Positions 44,701-53,992 of a stretch of DNA of 64,000 bases are shown here, one piece after another; the first letter of the stretch is position 1, and every line of letters starts with the position of its first letter. Both the position numbers and the translations under genes were made by a program. The notes beneath the pieces were generated by a model. The model saw only the letters and a program-made list of their open reading frames with translations, was not told the DNA's origin and ran no database searches. The DNA lies in NCBI GenBank assembly GCA_016180135.1, contig JACPBV010000007.1, forward strand, positions 41,248 to 105,247, read 5' to 3'. Source of the DNA: Candidatus Woesearchaeota archaeon. Lineage in GTDB: Archaea > Nanobdellota > Nanobdellia > Woesearchaeales > JACPBV01.

Positions 44701-46331
44701 ATGACACCGGTGCCCTGGCCGCTTCCCAAGAGAGTTGCATTATTGCAGTCAAGCGTTCTGTTGCGGAAGAGCTCAATCCCATTGGGAAGCTTAAATATCC
44801 TATTGAGGAGCTTGATATTTGAATTAACTTTTAATCCGTCATAGGGGTAAAAGCCGTCGCACGTCGGCCCCGTCGCATCACCAATATACATATTTCCAGT
44901 GCCGTTGATGCAGTACTGGTTATCATCTGAAAACAGGTAGTAAATCCTGCTGGTGATGAGGTTGTCCCAAATCTTATTGAAGCCGACATTTAACTGCCCC
45001 GGGTTCCATCGCTGTTTCAGGAAGATATCGTTTGTGTTGTTATAAAAAGAATTGCCCGTAATGATATTATTCTTTGGGTATGGCCCCATGAAAATTCCAT
45101 TGGAATAATTTCTAAAGTTGCAGTTGATGATTTTTATATTATTAGCCAGGGTAGTCCAGTCACTGTCGATGGTGATGCCGTTACCGGTGCCATCCCCTAT
45201 GAGGGTGGCATTTCTGCAGTCAAGGGTAAGGTTACCGTCAAAAAAAGATATCCCTTTCGGGATTTTATAAACTCCCGGGAGGACGACAGGGCTGGAGAAA
45301 AGGACAAGGCTATCATAGAGATACATCCCGCCGCACGTCGGCCCAGTTGCGTTCCCAATATAATTATTTCCAACCCCGTCAACGCAGTAAATTTGGGTCG
45401 AGATGGAAGTGTAATACACTGAGCTGGTGATGGTGTTGTCCCACACCCTGTTATAATTATTTCCCGAACTGATGTAAACATCCCTGTTGTTGCTGCGGAA
45501 GCTGTTGTTGGTGATGTTGTTGAACGATGCCCCGCTAGTGTAATAATCAACATTAATCCCAATGCTGTAATTCTCAATATTACAATTCTTTATGGTGTTA
45601 TAGTTTGCCCCCCATCCTGCATATCCGAAAAGCTTGATTCCATTATAGGCTCCCTTGCCAATGAGTGTTGCATTATTGCATTCAACCGTTATCCCGTCCG
45701 TCCACACCGTCATCCCGGAGGGAAGATAATATGTCCCTGGCAAAAGGCTGATATCACTGAGAATTCCCATCCCATTGTAGGGATAAAATCCCTTGCACGT
45801 CGGCCCAGTTGCGTTCCCAATATAATCATTGCCAACACCATCAACACAGTAATTGTTTTCATTTGAATACTGATAATAGATTCTTGAGTGGATAGTATTT
45901 CTCCATATTTTATTTCGCTTAACCCATGTATTAATGAAAATGTCATTGGTGTTGTTTATCAAATAATTATCGGTGATATTGTTATACTGGGTTTTCCCGT
46001 CGCCGTCAACGAGATGGATACCATCGCCATAATTCTTCACGATGCAGTTCTTTATGGTGCTTTGCTCGACTTTGTTCTGGAAGCCCCCATTTACCCTTAT
46101 TCCCGTCCTGTTTCCCACCCCTAAAAGTGTTGATTGGTTGCAGTCAAGGGTGATTCCGGACTTCTTGACGGTAATTCCGTTGGGCAAAAAATAGGTGCCC
46201 GGAGTGAACGTTGTCCTTACCGTAACCGTGCAGCCGTCGGTCGGCACAGAGCCGCATTCAGCCCCATAGCTTATTCCTGCGGCAAGGAGAAAAAGCAATG
46301 CAGAAAATAAAAATCCCCCTGTCTTCCCCAT
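41718..46331 (-). CDS. giant secreted sequon-rich parallel beta-helix protein with Cys-rich modules, M64-like HExxH metallopeptidase domain and TSP3-like repeat (1537 aa)
   Basis: Signal peptide MGKTGGFLFSALLFLLAAGISYGA; at least four internal repeats of about 150 aa (TLDCN.ATLIG ... NKIWDN.I.SRIYY ... YC.DG.GN.YIG.ATGPTC.G.YPY); CGGSCRVCSKDQACNAGSDCRTGFCSRNGKC; HEFGHSFGGLYDEYD; DNCPMAGNSGQDDADGNEIGDACQ; dozens of N-x-S/T sequons. Confidence 0.8.
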   Translation of the reverse strand: MGKTGGFLFSALLFLLAAGISYGAECGSVPTDGCTVTVRTTFTPGTYFLPNGITVKKSGITLDCNQSTLLGVGNRTGIRVNGGFQNKVEQSTIKNCIVKNYGDGIHLVDGDGKTQYNNITDNYLINNTNDIFINTWVKRNKIWRNTIHSRIYYQYSNENNYCVDGVGNDYIGNATGPTCKGFYPYNGMGILSDISLLPGTYYLPSGMTVWTDGITVECNNATLIGKGAYNGIKLFGYAGWGANYNTIKNCNIENYSIGINVDYYTSGASFNNITNNSFRSNNRDVYISSGNNYNRVWDNTITSSVYYTSISTQIYCVDGVGNNYIGNATGPTCGGMYLYDSLVLFSSPVVLPGVYKIPKGISFFDGNLTLDCRNATLIGDGTGNGITIDSDWTTLANNIKIINCNFRNYSNGIFMGPYPKNNIITGNSFYNNTNDIFLKQRWNPGQLNVGFNKIWDNLITSRIYYLFSDDNQYCINGTGNMYIGDATGPTCDGFYPYDGLKVNSNIKLLNRIFKLPNGIELFRNRTLDCNNATLLGSGQGTGVILNSPSHAKLANCNIGNYSNGTLLPSGSTLGPLTNNTITGNTFFNNTNDILVKYASNNTIVNNTIHSRIYYPYYFSNIYCSEGYGNRYGDNATGPTCEGIYLYNGLSIYSSVMVIPGQYSLPDGIRVEGSGLDCQNAVLSGNGSGAGISVFISYRNNASRISNCIVKNYTIGINVLEIGFITVNNNNTLVGNSVFNNTLGIVLDDRTHNTTVLNNLIINNTYGISVWGQSPNSWIKLNTIANNRYGIYTEERMINVLANNIFGNSIYNLYNKQGLSLNATHNWWNSLSPAEIDAAIYDDEESGGIRGEVNFSSWLLDAVGSCNNGYKDEQEGDIDCGGSCRVCSKDQACNAGSDCRTGFCSRNGKCAAPSCFDSEKNGAEEGIDCGWACLNPCGTCHGVKVNGDGENKIDVVFVGSGFSDANQWIQAVEEFIDYDGVQDGLMSEEPFASKKARFNFWAVTELENFSDDGSGHQPYEAQAKTAAASHCPQIDQMVLLSVKPRFIPHAYSRPFSGEGGKYAFLMAGCEYVGACSFPLDIANPSKGEDPTRCQGSGSKPECSVYGNTRAQLRRTFLHEFGHSFGGLYDEYDFGSSTAFPPFRIPNCDGSDCSKWSSLNSTGCFPGCGYTNWYRAYDNTIMRNQYDLASSYGEVNRRELEKDINASAKGPFGILSLEPESYNLSFLIIANYSMGNASIAAVSLSSGSSSPANAKDGQYIIRVISFSNRTLSSVNFSFNLEAAYAPPLDWFDANGTQNSTPDKSAAVLVNETTEAIPLPYYPDGERVEIANAGNALITSFNISAYHDMDGDMLPAIADNCPMAGNSGQDDADGNEIGDACQIQLSKGWSLISFPSKPNNATIAGGMEGIPINWAKPPIAYFGGRWIRVTNSSSLDGASGFFINALEGGNFSLAGAAFDSPANISIQKGWNLVGYPSGRSSNVNESLENVSAAKVFSFQAGRWLSFQKGRNSTQNTLQNFTPGFGYWVFSENASSWMVGK

Positions 46332-46440
46332 GATTGGCTGTTGAAGGGCGTTTTCTTTATAAAATTTCTTCTCAGAATCAAGTTATTTGTAGTTGTTGAA
46401 ACAATAACTTTATTAAACCTCCCCTGTTGATTTATACGCT

Positions 46441-47961
46441 ATGGCACACAAAGAAACCAAAAGAGAATTCCTTGATGAAAGGAAACAAGATTCCAAACAG
46501 AAACACGATTCCAAAAGAGAGACCTCTCTTGGCCTCACCGCCAAAAAGGAAGGCGATATGTCCACTTGGTATACTGAGGTAATCCAGAAGGCGGATTTAG
46601 CTGATTATTCCTCTGTCTCTGGCTGCATCATCCTCAAGCCTTATGCTTATGCCATCTGGGAGAAAATCCAGCATGCTGTCGACACCAGGCTTAAGGCGAT
46701 GGGCGTCAAGAATGCTTATTTCCCGTTGTTCATCCCTGAAAAGCTTCTGAGAAAAGAGCAGGCGCATGTCAAGGGTTTTTCTCCTGAAGTCGCATGGGTG
46801 ACAGAAGCAGGAGGCTCAAAGCTTGATGAGCGGCTTGCCATCCGCCCAACATCAGAAACAATTATGTATGAAAGCTACGCAAAATGGATTAGGTCATGGA
46901 GAGACCTGCCTCTGAAGCTTAATCAGTGGAACAACGTCGTAAGATGGGAATTCAAACATCCTGTCCCATTCCTCAGGACAAGGGAATTCCTCTGGAACGA
47001 AGGGCATACCTGCTTTGCAACAAAGGATGAAGCGGAAAAAGAATGCGTGCAGATACTCAATATGTATTCCCATATCCTTGAAAATTATTTTGCGCTTGCA
47101 GGCGTCAAGGGAAAAAAGACCGAGAACGAGAAGTTTGCCGGGGCTGAGTATACCTTATCTATCGAGCTTTACCTTCCCAACGGAAAGGCTATCCAGGGGC
47201 CTGACGCACACCATGACGGGCAGAATTTTGCGAAAGCATTTGGGATATCTTTTCTCGACAAGAATGAAAAAGAGCAGTTTGTCTATCAGAATACCTGGGC
47301 AATAACCACAAGAATGATCGGCGTCATGATCATGGCGCATGGCGACGACAAAGGGTTAGTCCTTCCTCCGATGCTGGCTCCTCTTCAGGTTGTCATCGTC
47401 CCCATCATCTTCAAGGATTCCAAAGAGAAAGTTATGGAGAAAGCACATGAAATTGCCCAGATACTCTCACTCTCTAAGGCTGCATCTGCCTATCTTGATG
47501 ACCGGGAAGAGTATAATCCCGGCTGGAAGTTCAATCACTATGAGCTTACCGGAGTCCCTATAAGGATTGAGATTGGGCCGAGAGATGTTGAAAAAGGGCA
47601 GGTTATCGCCGTCAGGAGAGATACGCTTATGAAAGAGACAATTGCAATTAAAGACCTTCCCAAAAGGATCCCTGAGCTTCTTGTTGACATCCAAAGCTGC
47701 CTCTACAAGAGATCGCTGAAAAATCTTCAGGAAAATATCGAAGAAGTTAAGACACTGGACGGGCTAAAGCAAGCTGTTGAAAAGAAGAAACTGGCTCTGG
47801 CATTTTTCTGTGGATCAACTTCCTGCGAAGACAGGATCAAAGCAGAATCCAACGGCGCAACTGCAAGAAACATCCCTTTTGACCAGAAGCTTGCGAAAGG
47901 GAAATGCGCCGGATGCGGGAAGGAATCAACTGTCCAGGTGCTGTGGGGGAAGAGTTATTAA
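46441..47961 (+). CDS. proS: prolyl-tRNA synthetase, archaeal/eukaryal type, with charged N-terminal extension
   Basis: Class II motifs (FRPTSET; RTREFLWNEGH; GQNFAKAFGI); C-terminal zinc-binding domain with CAGCGKEST; about 38 aa K/E/D-rich N-terminal extension. Confidence 0.9.
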   Translation: MAHKETKREFLDERKQDSKQKHDSKRETSLGLTAKKEGDMSTWYTEVIQKADLADYSSVSGCIILKPYAYAIWEKIQHAVDTRLKAMGVKNAYFPLFIPEKLLRKEQAHVKGFSPEVAWVTEAGGSKLDERLAIRPTSETIMYESYAKWIRSWRDLPLKLNQWNNVVRWEFKHPVPFLRTREFLWNEGHTCFATKDEAEKECVQILNMYSHILENYFALAGVKGKKTENEKFAGAEYTLSIELYLPNGKAIQGPDAHHDGQNFAKAFGISFLDKNEKEQFVYQNTWAITTRMIGVMIMAHGDDKGLVLPPMLAPLQVVIVPIIFKDSKEKVMEKAHEIAQILSLSKAASAYLDDREEYNPGWKFNHYELTGVPIRIEIGPRDVEKGQVIAVRRDTLMKETIAIKDLPKRIPELLVDIQSCLYKRSLKNLQENIEEVKTLDGLKQAVEKKKLALAFFCGSTSCEDRIKAESNGATARNIPFDQKLAKGKCAGCGKESTVQVLWGKSY

Positions 47962-48575
47962 TCATCGGTCGTTCTGTCAATATGGGCCGATATCTCACGT
48001 TTAAGCCAATATTTTCCCCTACTGAATTCTGGATGCTTTTTCAGCCAGTTGGCAGTTGCCATATTAATGTTAACAGATTTTCCATACAGCTCCCTTAATG
48101 TTCTGAGGCAATCCTGCCCATGGAAAGCCATCTTCAGATAATCCTCATAAGGCCTGAATGCTTCTTTCCATCTTTCCGGCTCATCCAGCGCATCAAGATA
48201 TTCCAATAATCCTTCTCTCACTTCCTGGAGCTTGTTTACCAATGTTTTTGTCTTTAAAAAAAGATAGCTATGCTCCAATCGCTCACCATCCTGCTCTGCG
48301 ACCATCTTCTCGAGCATTTTATATCCAAAAGCCACCCACCGAAAGTAACCTATAACTTCTTTTGGCTTTGGCGGATATTTCTCCATCTCATCCCGGTGCC
48401 ATTGACGGGTTAAGTTACCATCTTTTCCTAAGGGTATTAAGTCAAATTTTCCCAGGGCGGCAGCAGCCAGATTGAGATGAGTCCTGATACCATCAACTGT
48501 TCCGCCAAAGCCATGCATATACTCTTCTGTAAGAAGGTCAAGAGTTCCTCCCAGAGAAATAACCTCAGGCATCAT
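47958..48575 (-). CDS. hypothetical protein (205 aa)
   Basis: ORF overlapping the proS stop by 4 nt; no recognised motif. Confidence 0.4.
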   Translation of the reverse strand: MMPEVISLGGTLDLLTEEYMHGFGGTVDGIRTHLNLAAAALGKFDLIPLGKDGNLTRQWHRDEMEKYPPKPKEVIGYFRWVAFGYKMLEKMVAEQDGERLEHSYLFLKTKTLVNKLQEVREGLLEYLDALDEPERWKEAFRPYEDYLKMAFHGQDCLRTLRELYGKSVNINMATANWLKKHPEFSRGKYWLKREISAHIDRTTDD

Positions 48576-48653
48576 CTAGGGAGGTTGGGATTGTCTTATA
48601 AATCTATTCAGAAATAAGGTATTATATCTTCATCTGTTAAACGATGTAACAAT

Positions 48654-49211
48654 CTATGCGCCAATCCTGAGATTGCTTATCTGCCGCAGCGCCTCTACTT
48701 CAGGCTTCAAATTTTCATGCCGAGCGGAATGAAAAAGATTGGAAAATTGCTCAAGCGGCCCTTTTTGATGCAAACGAAGATAATGCCCTAGCATCTCCAA
48801 ACCCCCATATTCAATAACTGCCCGTAAATTAGCTGAGAAGAATGCCGGGGGGAAACCATCCTGATAGATGGATTCGGGCGATGATTTTTCAAGCTCAGCC
48901 TGCGTTGCCATCTTTTCAAGTGTTCCTAGGGGGATTGTCCTGACGAAGGTAAGCACCTGAGGAGGTGTAAGCTGAAAGGCAGGTTCCCTTATTTGGTGAT
49001 AGGCCTCAAATAGCGTTTCATATGCAACACCGAGAAGCCTTTCATAAGCAGCTTCATTTAAACGTAATGCCATGAAATTAGGTATCCTGCCAAGTTTATT
49101 AATTTTTTGGTTAAGAAGAATTAGGAATTGTTTTCTCTTTTGTCCTCCGAATTTACCGTTCCAAAACGATTTGTTTATCACCAACACCTCTTTAATGTCC
49201 TCAGCATACAT
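48654..49211 (-). CDS. hypothetical protein (185 aa)
   Basis: ORF only. Confidence 0.35.
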   Translation of the reverse strand: MYAEDIKEVLVINKSFWNGKFGGQKRKQFLILLNQKINKLGRIPNFMALRLNEAAYERLLGVAYETLFEAYHQIREPAFQLTPPQVLTFVRTIPLGTLEKMATQAELEKSSPESIYQDGFPPAFFSANLRAVIEYGGLEMLGHYLRLHQKGPLEQFSNLFHSARHENLKPEVEALRQISNLRIGA

Positions 49212-49400
49212 CCTTTTGCTTTCTCTCCCATATCTTCCTCATTCCTTCTTCCACTTTTCTCACCAATACCTTCCTTCCACGTGGTTACTCTTACCTCAAT
49301 GCCAATGCTCCCACCCATACCTTCCCTATTTTATCACCAATACTTTCCCCATATCCCCCTCTCCCCTCACTTGTCCCGCTTATACCTACCTCCACTTCTC

Positions 49401-50675
49401 TCACTCATACCTCAATGCCTCAACAGGATTCTGGCGCGCTGCCTGAAGGGATGGCAAAAGGCCGGAAGCTGCTCCGATAACGGAGGAAAACAGCAGGCAG
49501 CCGGCAATGAGCCACCAGGGAAAGACTGGCTGCAATAAGCCAAGCCCTGCATTCTTTGCGATAGAGCCTCCGAGGCTGGCTATGCTCATGCCCATCAGGA
49601 CGCCAAAAGCGCCGCCGACAAAGCCTAAAAAACCTGCTTCGACCATAAATATCTGGACGATATCTTTTTCTTTTGAGCCGACTGCCTTGATGATGCCGAT
49701 TTCTTTTGTCCTTTCAAGCACCGCAGTATACATCGTGTTCATGATATTGATCGCTGCGATAAGGACTGAAATCAGGGCAATGACTACCAAAACTCCGTTG
49801 AGGACATTGATGACTGTCCCAAAGGTCTCGACTATCTGCTCAAAAGTCTGGACATGGAAATCTTCTTCGCCTTTTTCCTGGCCTTTGCGCTTCCTGAAGC
49901 GTTCAGAAACAGCATCAGCAGCTGAGCGGGCATCGGCTCCTTTTTCCGTCCTCAGCAGGACCATATCAAAAACATCTCCACGGGAAAATATTTCCTGAAA
50001 CCCTTCTTTGGAAAGATAGGCGTTGCTGTCATCCTGCGGATTCCCTATGCTTTTGTAGATGCCGACAACATCAACCTTTTTTCCGTTGAGCAGGATGCTG
50101 TCTCCGGCATTGATCGCTTTGCTAAAAACCTTATCGGGGATGCTGTAGCTGAATCCCAATGCAGCCTTAAGCTTGTCCCCTTTCTTGATGTCTCTGCCGG
50201 ACAATAACTCAAGGCTGAAGACCTGCTGGACAAGCCTCCGCTCCGGCCCGGTAGGGGAGCCTGTGGCATAGACATATTTTGGCTTTGCGCCCTCTTTGAG
50301 CTTCACTTCCGCCTGCGCAAACATCAGCCCTGCCGATTCGTCGATGCTGTGCGTTTTTGCAAGAATCTCCAGATCTTCTTTTGAAAAGGAAACACCTCCT
50401 GCCCCGGGCGGCGCAAATCCTTTTGCCTGGACGATAAGCTTATCGCTCCCCATCTTCTCTGCGGTTTCCTCAAGATAGTGCTGCAGCCCCTGCCCAAAGC
50501 TGACGAGGGTGACGATGGCAGAAACTCCTATGAAAATTGAGATGATGCTCAGGAACGTCCTCATCTTCCGCATCCAAAGGTTGTTCAGCGCATACAGGAA
50601 AAGCTCTTTCCTCATCTTCCATCCCTCAGTGTGTGGGCAATCCGAAAAAAAACCATCTTCATCTTCCGCATCCAA
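49401..50675 (-). CDS. ABC transporter permease, FtsX/MacB-like (4 TM with large extracytoplasmic domain)
   Basis: N-terminal TM, large periplasmic domain, C-terminal FtsX-like TM bundle (INIMNTMYTAVLERTKEIGIIKAVG). Confidence 0.75.
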   Translation of the reverse strand: MDAEDEDGFFSDCPHTEGWKMRKELFLYALNNLWMRKMRTFLSIISIFIGVSAIVTLVSFGQGLQHYLEETAEKMGSDKLIVQAKGFAPPGAGGVSFSKEDLEILAKTHSIDESAGLMFAQAEVKLKEGAKPKYVYATGSPTGPERRLVQQVFSLELLSGRDIKKGDKLKAALGFSYSIPDKVFSKAINAGDSILLNGKKVDVVGIYKSIGNPQDDSNAYLSKEGFQEIFSRGDVFDMVLLRTEKGADARSAADAVSERFRKRKGQEKGEEDFHVQTFEQIVETFGTVINVLNGVLVVIALISVLIAAINIMNTMYTAVLERTKEIGIIKAVGSKEKDIVQIFMVEAGFLGFVGGAFGVLMGMSIASLGGSIAKNAGLGLLQPVFPWWLIAGCLLFSSVIGAASGLLPSLQAARQNPVEALRYE

Positions 50676-50759
50676 AGATTGTTCAGCGCATACAGGAAAA
50701 GCTCTTTCCTCATCTTGATTACCTCATAATAAACGTGATAAAACGAAAAACCCCTATAT

Positions 50760-51983
50760 TCATTTTGCATACCTCAGGGCATCGACAGGGTGCATCTTCG
50801 CTGCCCTCAGCGCCGGGGCAACTCCAAAAATGATGCCAAGCAAAAATGAAAAAGCCAGCGAGCCGAGGAGCAGGAGGGGGCTGAACCTTGCCTGAAAAAG
50901 ATCAGTCCCGACAATGCTTCTCCCTAATGCCGCAAGCATGAGCGTGCCAATAACGCCCAAAGCAATCCCAATAATCCCTCCGAGGAGGCCAAGGATACCA
51001 GACTCAAGAAAAAACAGCGAGAAGATAGATTGGGTGCCTGCGCCGATAGCTTTCAGGATCCCGATCTCTTTTGTCCTTTCAAGCACCGCAGTATACATCG
51101 TGTTCATGATGCCGATGCCTCCAACAACAAGCGAGATTCCTGCGATAAGGAACACGAAGATGTTCACACCAACAAGGACATTGTCAATCTGGGAAATTGC
51201 CGAAGCTGCGGTCTCGACAGAAAAATCCTCTTCGCCTTCCTTCACATTACGCTTTTTCCGCAGGAGCTTTTCAATAGAGCCTTTTACAGCATCAACGTCT
51301 TTCAGATTTGCTGCCCTTACGCCTATAAAATCGTATTGGTCCTTTGGGAGGCCCATCAGCTCCCGGTGCATATCCTCATTGAGCAGGATTGCGCCGTCAA
51401 TCACAAAGCTTCCCTTCTTCTTGAGGATTCCGGCGACGGTAAAAGGCTTTCCCTGGATGGTGGCAGAAGCTCCCGGCACAATCTCTTTGTCAAAAGTCTC
51501 CTTATCAGCAAGGCTTGCGCCGATCACCGCCAGCGATCTGTCACCGTCTTTCAGCATCCGCCCTTTTGCGGCGGAATAGCCAATAAGTTCCTCAATCTCT
51601 TTTCTTTCCCTCCCGTCGGGCATGCTCACTGCCATAGCAAATGAGGTTTTGCCATTAAAGGTCATTTTCACCTGCCTGAGATTCCTTCCGGCAGCCATCC
51701 TCACACCATTGAGCTTTGCGATCTGGTTTATGTTATCGGTTGTCAATGGATTTGAAGGTGTGGATGAGCCTGGCGGGCCGAATGCGCTTCCCACATTGAC
51801 CCTGATGAGATCAGCGCCCAAGAATCCGAACTGGGACGAGACAGCATACCGCAGCCCTTCTCCCAAAGATATCAACGACACCACTGCCGCTATGCCGATG
51901 AAAATGCCAAGCATAGTCAGGTAGCTTCTCAGTTTCCTGCTTTTAAGATTAGAGAATGAAAACTTCAGATAATCTGCTATCAT
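50760..51983 (-). CDS. ABC transporter permease, FtsX/MacB-like (paralog)
   Basis: Same architecture; IGIMNTMYTAVLERTKEIGILKAIG. Confidence 0.8.
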   Translation of the reverse strand: MIADYLKFSFSNLKSRKLRSYLTMLGIFIGIAAVVSLISLGEGLRYAVSSQFGFLGADLIRVNVGSAFGPPGSSTPSNPLTTDNINQIAKLNGVRMAAGRNLRQVKMTFNGKTSFAMAVSMPDGRERKEIEELIGYSAAKGRMLKDGDRSLAVIGASLADKETFDKEIVPGASATIQGKPFTVAGILKKKGSFVIDGAILLNEDMHRELMGLPKDQYDFIGVRAANLKDVDAVKGSIEKLLRKKRNVKEGEEDFSVETAASAISQIDNVLVGVNIFVFLIAGISLVVGGIGIMNTMYTAVLERTKEIGILKAIGAGTQSIFSLFFLESGILGLLGGIIGIALGVIGTLMLAALGRSIVGTDLFQARFSPLLLLGSLAFSFLLGIIFGVAPALRAAKMHPVDALRYAK

Positions 51984-53278
51984 AAAAGCTCTTTGTTCTT
52001 ATGCTTTTTTCTCCTCAGCCTGAAATACACGAATCCAGCCCCTGCAATCAGAATCGCTGCAGCAAAGATCTTCATCCCGACGTTGTTTTTCTTCAGGCCG
52101 AGGGACACTGCCTCAGACGAGGAATACAATGGCATGGAAACTGTAAAGTTCTTTTCAAATTCCCTGTTGTTCGAATCCCTGAACCTGGCTGTCAATGGAA
52201 TAGCTATCGAGCTTTTTGTTTTTGGGGAAACGCTTAAGGAAAATGAGGCTGTCTCATAATCATCAGAATCAATATTTCCCAGGTAGAGAACATGCGAGGA
52301 TACGATGCGGTATCCTTCCCCTGCCGCTGCAGATGCAGTTAGAAATTTTACATCAGTCACTCCTGCATTGACAAGCCTGATGCTTACCCTGCCTGACTCG
52401 CCGGGAGAGAGAATCTCAGAGCTGTCGAGATAAGCGATCAGTTCAGGCTCCCCGCCGACAGCAAGGCCCATCGTATCATTCTTAGTGTAGAAATTGCCAA
52501 GGCGGTCAAAAAAACTGATTTTAAGGGGAATCTTGTAGAGAGAAGATTTTGCATCGGGCAAAGGCGCAAGGGTGAACTTTACTGTTCCGGTAGCATTTGC
52601 GCCGATGTTGGCAAGGAGCTTCTCGTTTGTTGATTCCAGCGCTGCAAAAGGCACATTGGCAAGGTCCAGATTAACTTTAATATCACGGATCAGCGATTTT
52701 CCGATGTTCTCCAGCTGGACAGAAACCTCGCTGGGATTGCCCTGCACCATAGGATAGGGGCTTGAGATCACTTTTCTGACGCCCAAAAGGATAGTGTGGG
52801 GTTTTATCTCGATGATTAAAGGGGCTGTTTTTGTCCAAGGCCCATCTTTTACTTTATATCTGACGTCAATCTCATAGTTTCCTTCGACTGCATCTTCTGC
52901 TGCGCGGAGTCGGTAGTCGAGGATAACCCCAATCTTTCCGATCTGCTTTCCGTAGACCGAACCTGTTTTCTGGAGTGAAGGCTCTCCCGGGACAAGGGAA
53001 AAAGGAAATTCAGGCAGCAGTTCAACCTGGACATCTTCGGCATTCTCCCTTCCGGCATTTTCAACTTTCAATCTGACTAAAACAATCTCACCGGCCTCAG
53101 CAGGATCAGGCTCCTGATTGACGAGGGTGGCCTTGATGCTTGCTGCATCAACCATATTATCCCCGATGCTTTGGGCAAACGGGAGGATAAGGAATAATGC
53201 GGAAAAAATAACCGTAAGGAGAAAAGGCAGCCTTGCAATAGAATCCTGAGCAAACAGTTTCTTTTTTTTCTTTGACAT
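51980..53278 (-). CDS. secreted Ig-like/CARDB-like repeat protein with C-terminal TM anchor
   Basis: N-terminal signal/TM; repeated beta-rich segments; C-terminal IFAAAILIAGAGFVYFRLRRKKHKNKELL anchor; overlaps the permease gene by 4 nt. Confidence 0.5.
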   Translation of the reverse strand: MSKKKKKLFAQDSIARLPFLLTVIFSALFLILPFAQSIGDNMVDAASIKATLVNQEPDPAEAGEIVLVRLKVENAGRENAEDVQVELLPEFPFSLVPGEPSLQKTGSVYGKQIGKIGVILDYRLRAAEDAVEGNYEIDVRYKVKDGPWTKTAPLIIEIKPHTILLGVRKVISSPYPMVQGNPSEVSVQLENIGKSLIRDIKVNLDLANVPFAALESTNEKLLANIGANATGTVKFTLAPLPDAKSSLYKIPLKISFFDRLGNFYTKNDTMGLAVGGEPELIAYLDSSEILSPGESGRVSIRLVNAGVTDVKFLTASAAAGEGYRIVSSHVLYLGNIDSDDYETASFSLSVSPKTKSSIAIPLTARFRDSNNREFEKNFTVSMPLYSSSEAVSLGLKKNNVGMKIFAAAILIAGAGFVYFRLRRKKHKNKELL

Positions 53279-53293
53279 ACTTTCTCCGATGGT

Positions 53294-53857
53294 TCAGCCC
53301 CTTTTTATAATTTTCCCATCTTTCAGATATATAATCCTTTCTGCCTCTTTGGCAAGCCGCTCGTCATGGGTGACCATCAGAATCGTCTTTTTCTCTTTTT
53401 TGTGCAGTTCCTTTAGGAAGTCTATGACCTTATGCCCCATTGTGCTGTCAAGGTTGCCTGTCGGCTCGTCGGCAAGAATTATCTTAGGGTCGTTGGCAAG
53501 CGCCCTGGCTATAGCGACACGCTGCTGCTGGCCACCGCTCAATTCTGACGGCTTATGGTGGACCCTGTCTCCCAGCCCAACCATGCCGAGAAGCTGTGAT
53601 GCTCTTGCATTCCTTCTTTCTGAGGGAACACCCTGGAACATCATAGGGATAGCGACATTTGCCAATGCGCTTAACGTGGGGATAAGGTTGAACTGCTGGA
53701 AGATAAAGCCGATAAGCTTTCCCCTCATGGCAGCAAGGCCTGAAGGCGCAAGGGCGGCAATATTCTTTCCCATGAGGAGAATCCTTCCTTTTGTCGGGAT
53801 GTCTAAACAGCCGATAAGGTTCATCAGCGTCGATTTGCCGCTGCCGGAAGCGCCCAT
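53294..53857 (-). CDS. ABC transporter ATP-binding protein (MacB/LolD-like), apparently 5'-truncated
   Basis: Walker A GASGSGKST at residues 2-10; LSGGQQQRVAIARAL; ILADEPTGNLD; the in-frame upstream sequence encodes ...ALNRFKADVFLGKDKSFFEGEFVAV but is closed by two TGA codons. Confidence 0.75.
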   Translation of the reverse strand: MGASGSGKSTLMNLIGCLDIPTKGRILLMGKNIAALAPSGLAAMRGKLIGFIFQQFNLIPTLSALANVAIPMMFQGVPSERRNARASQLLGMVGLGDRVHHKPSELSGGQQQRVAIARALANDPKIILADEPTGNLDSTMGHKVIDFLKELHKKEKKTILMVTHDERLAKEAERIIYLKDGKIIKRG

Positions 53858-53992
53858 GACGGCAACAAACTCCCCTTCAAAAAACTTTTGTCTTTCCCAA
53901 GAAAGACATCGGCTTTAAATCTATTTAATGCTTGCGGTCATCAAATCTTTTTTGAGCGAAAGCTATAAAAACAATCAATCAACTTAAAACCT

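Noticed and set aside
53935-53945. TGA recoding (UGA as Gly/Trp) to rescue the ABC ATPase N-terminus
   Set aside because: Many other genes in the window end with TGA as a bona fide stop (for example atpE), and the organism is archaeal. Recoding is unlikely.
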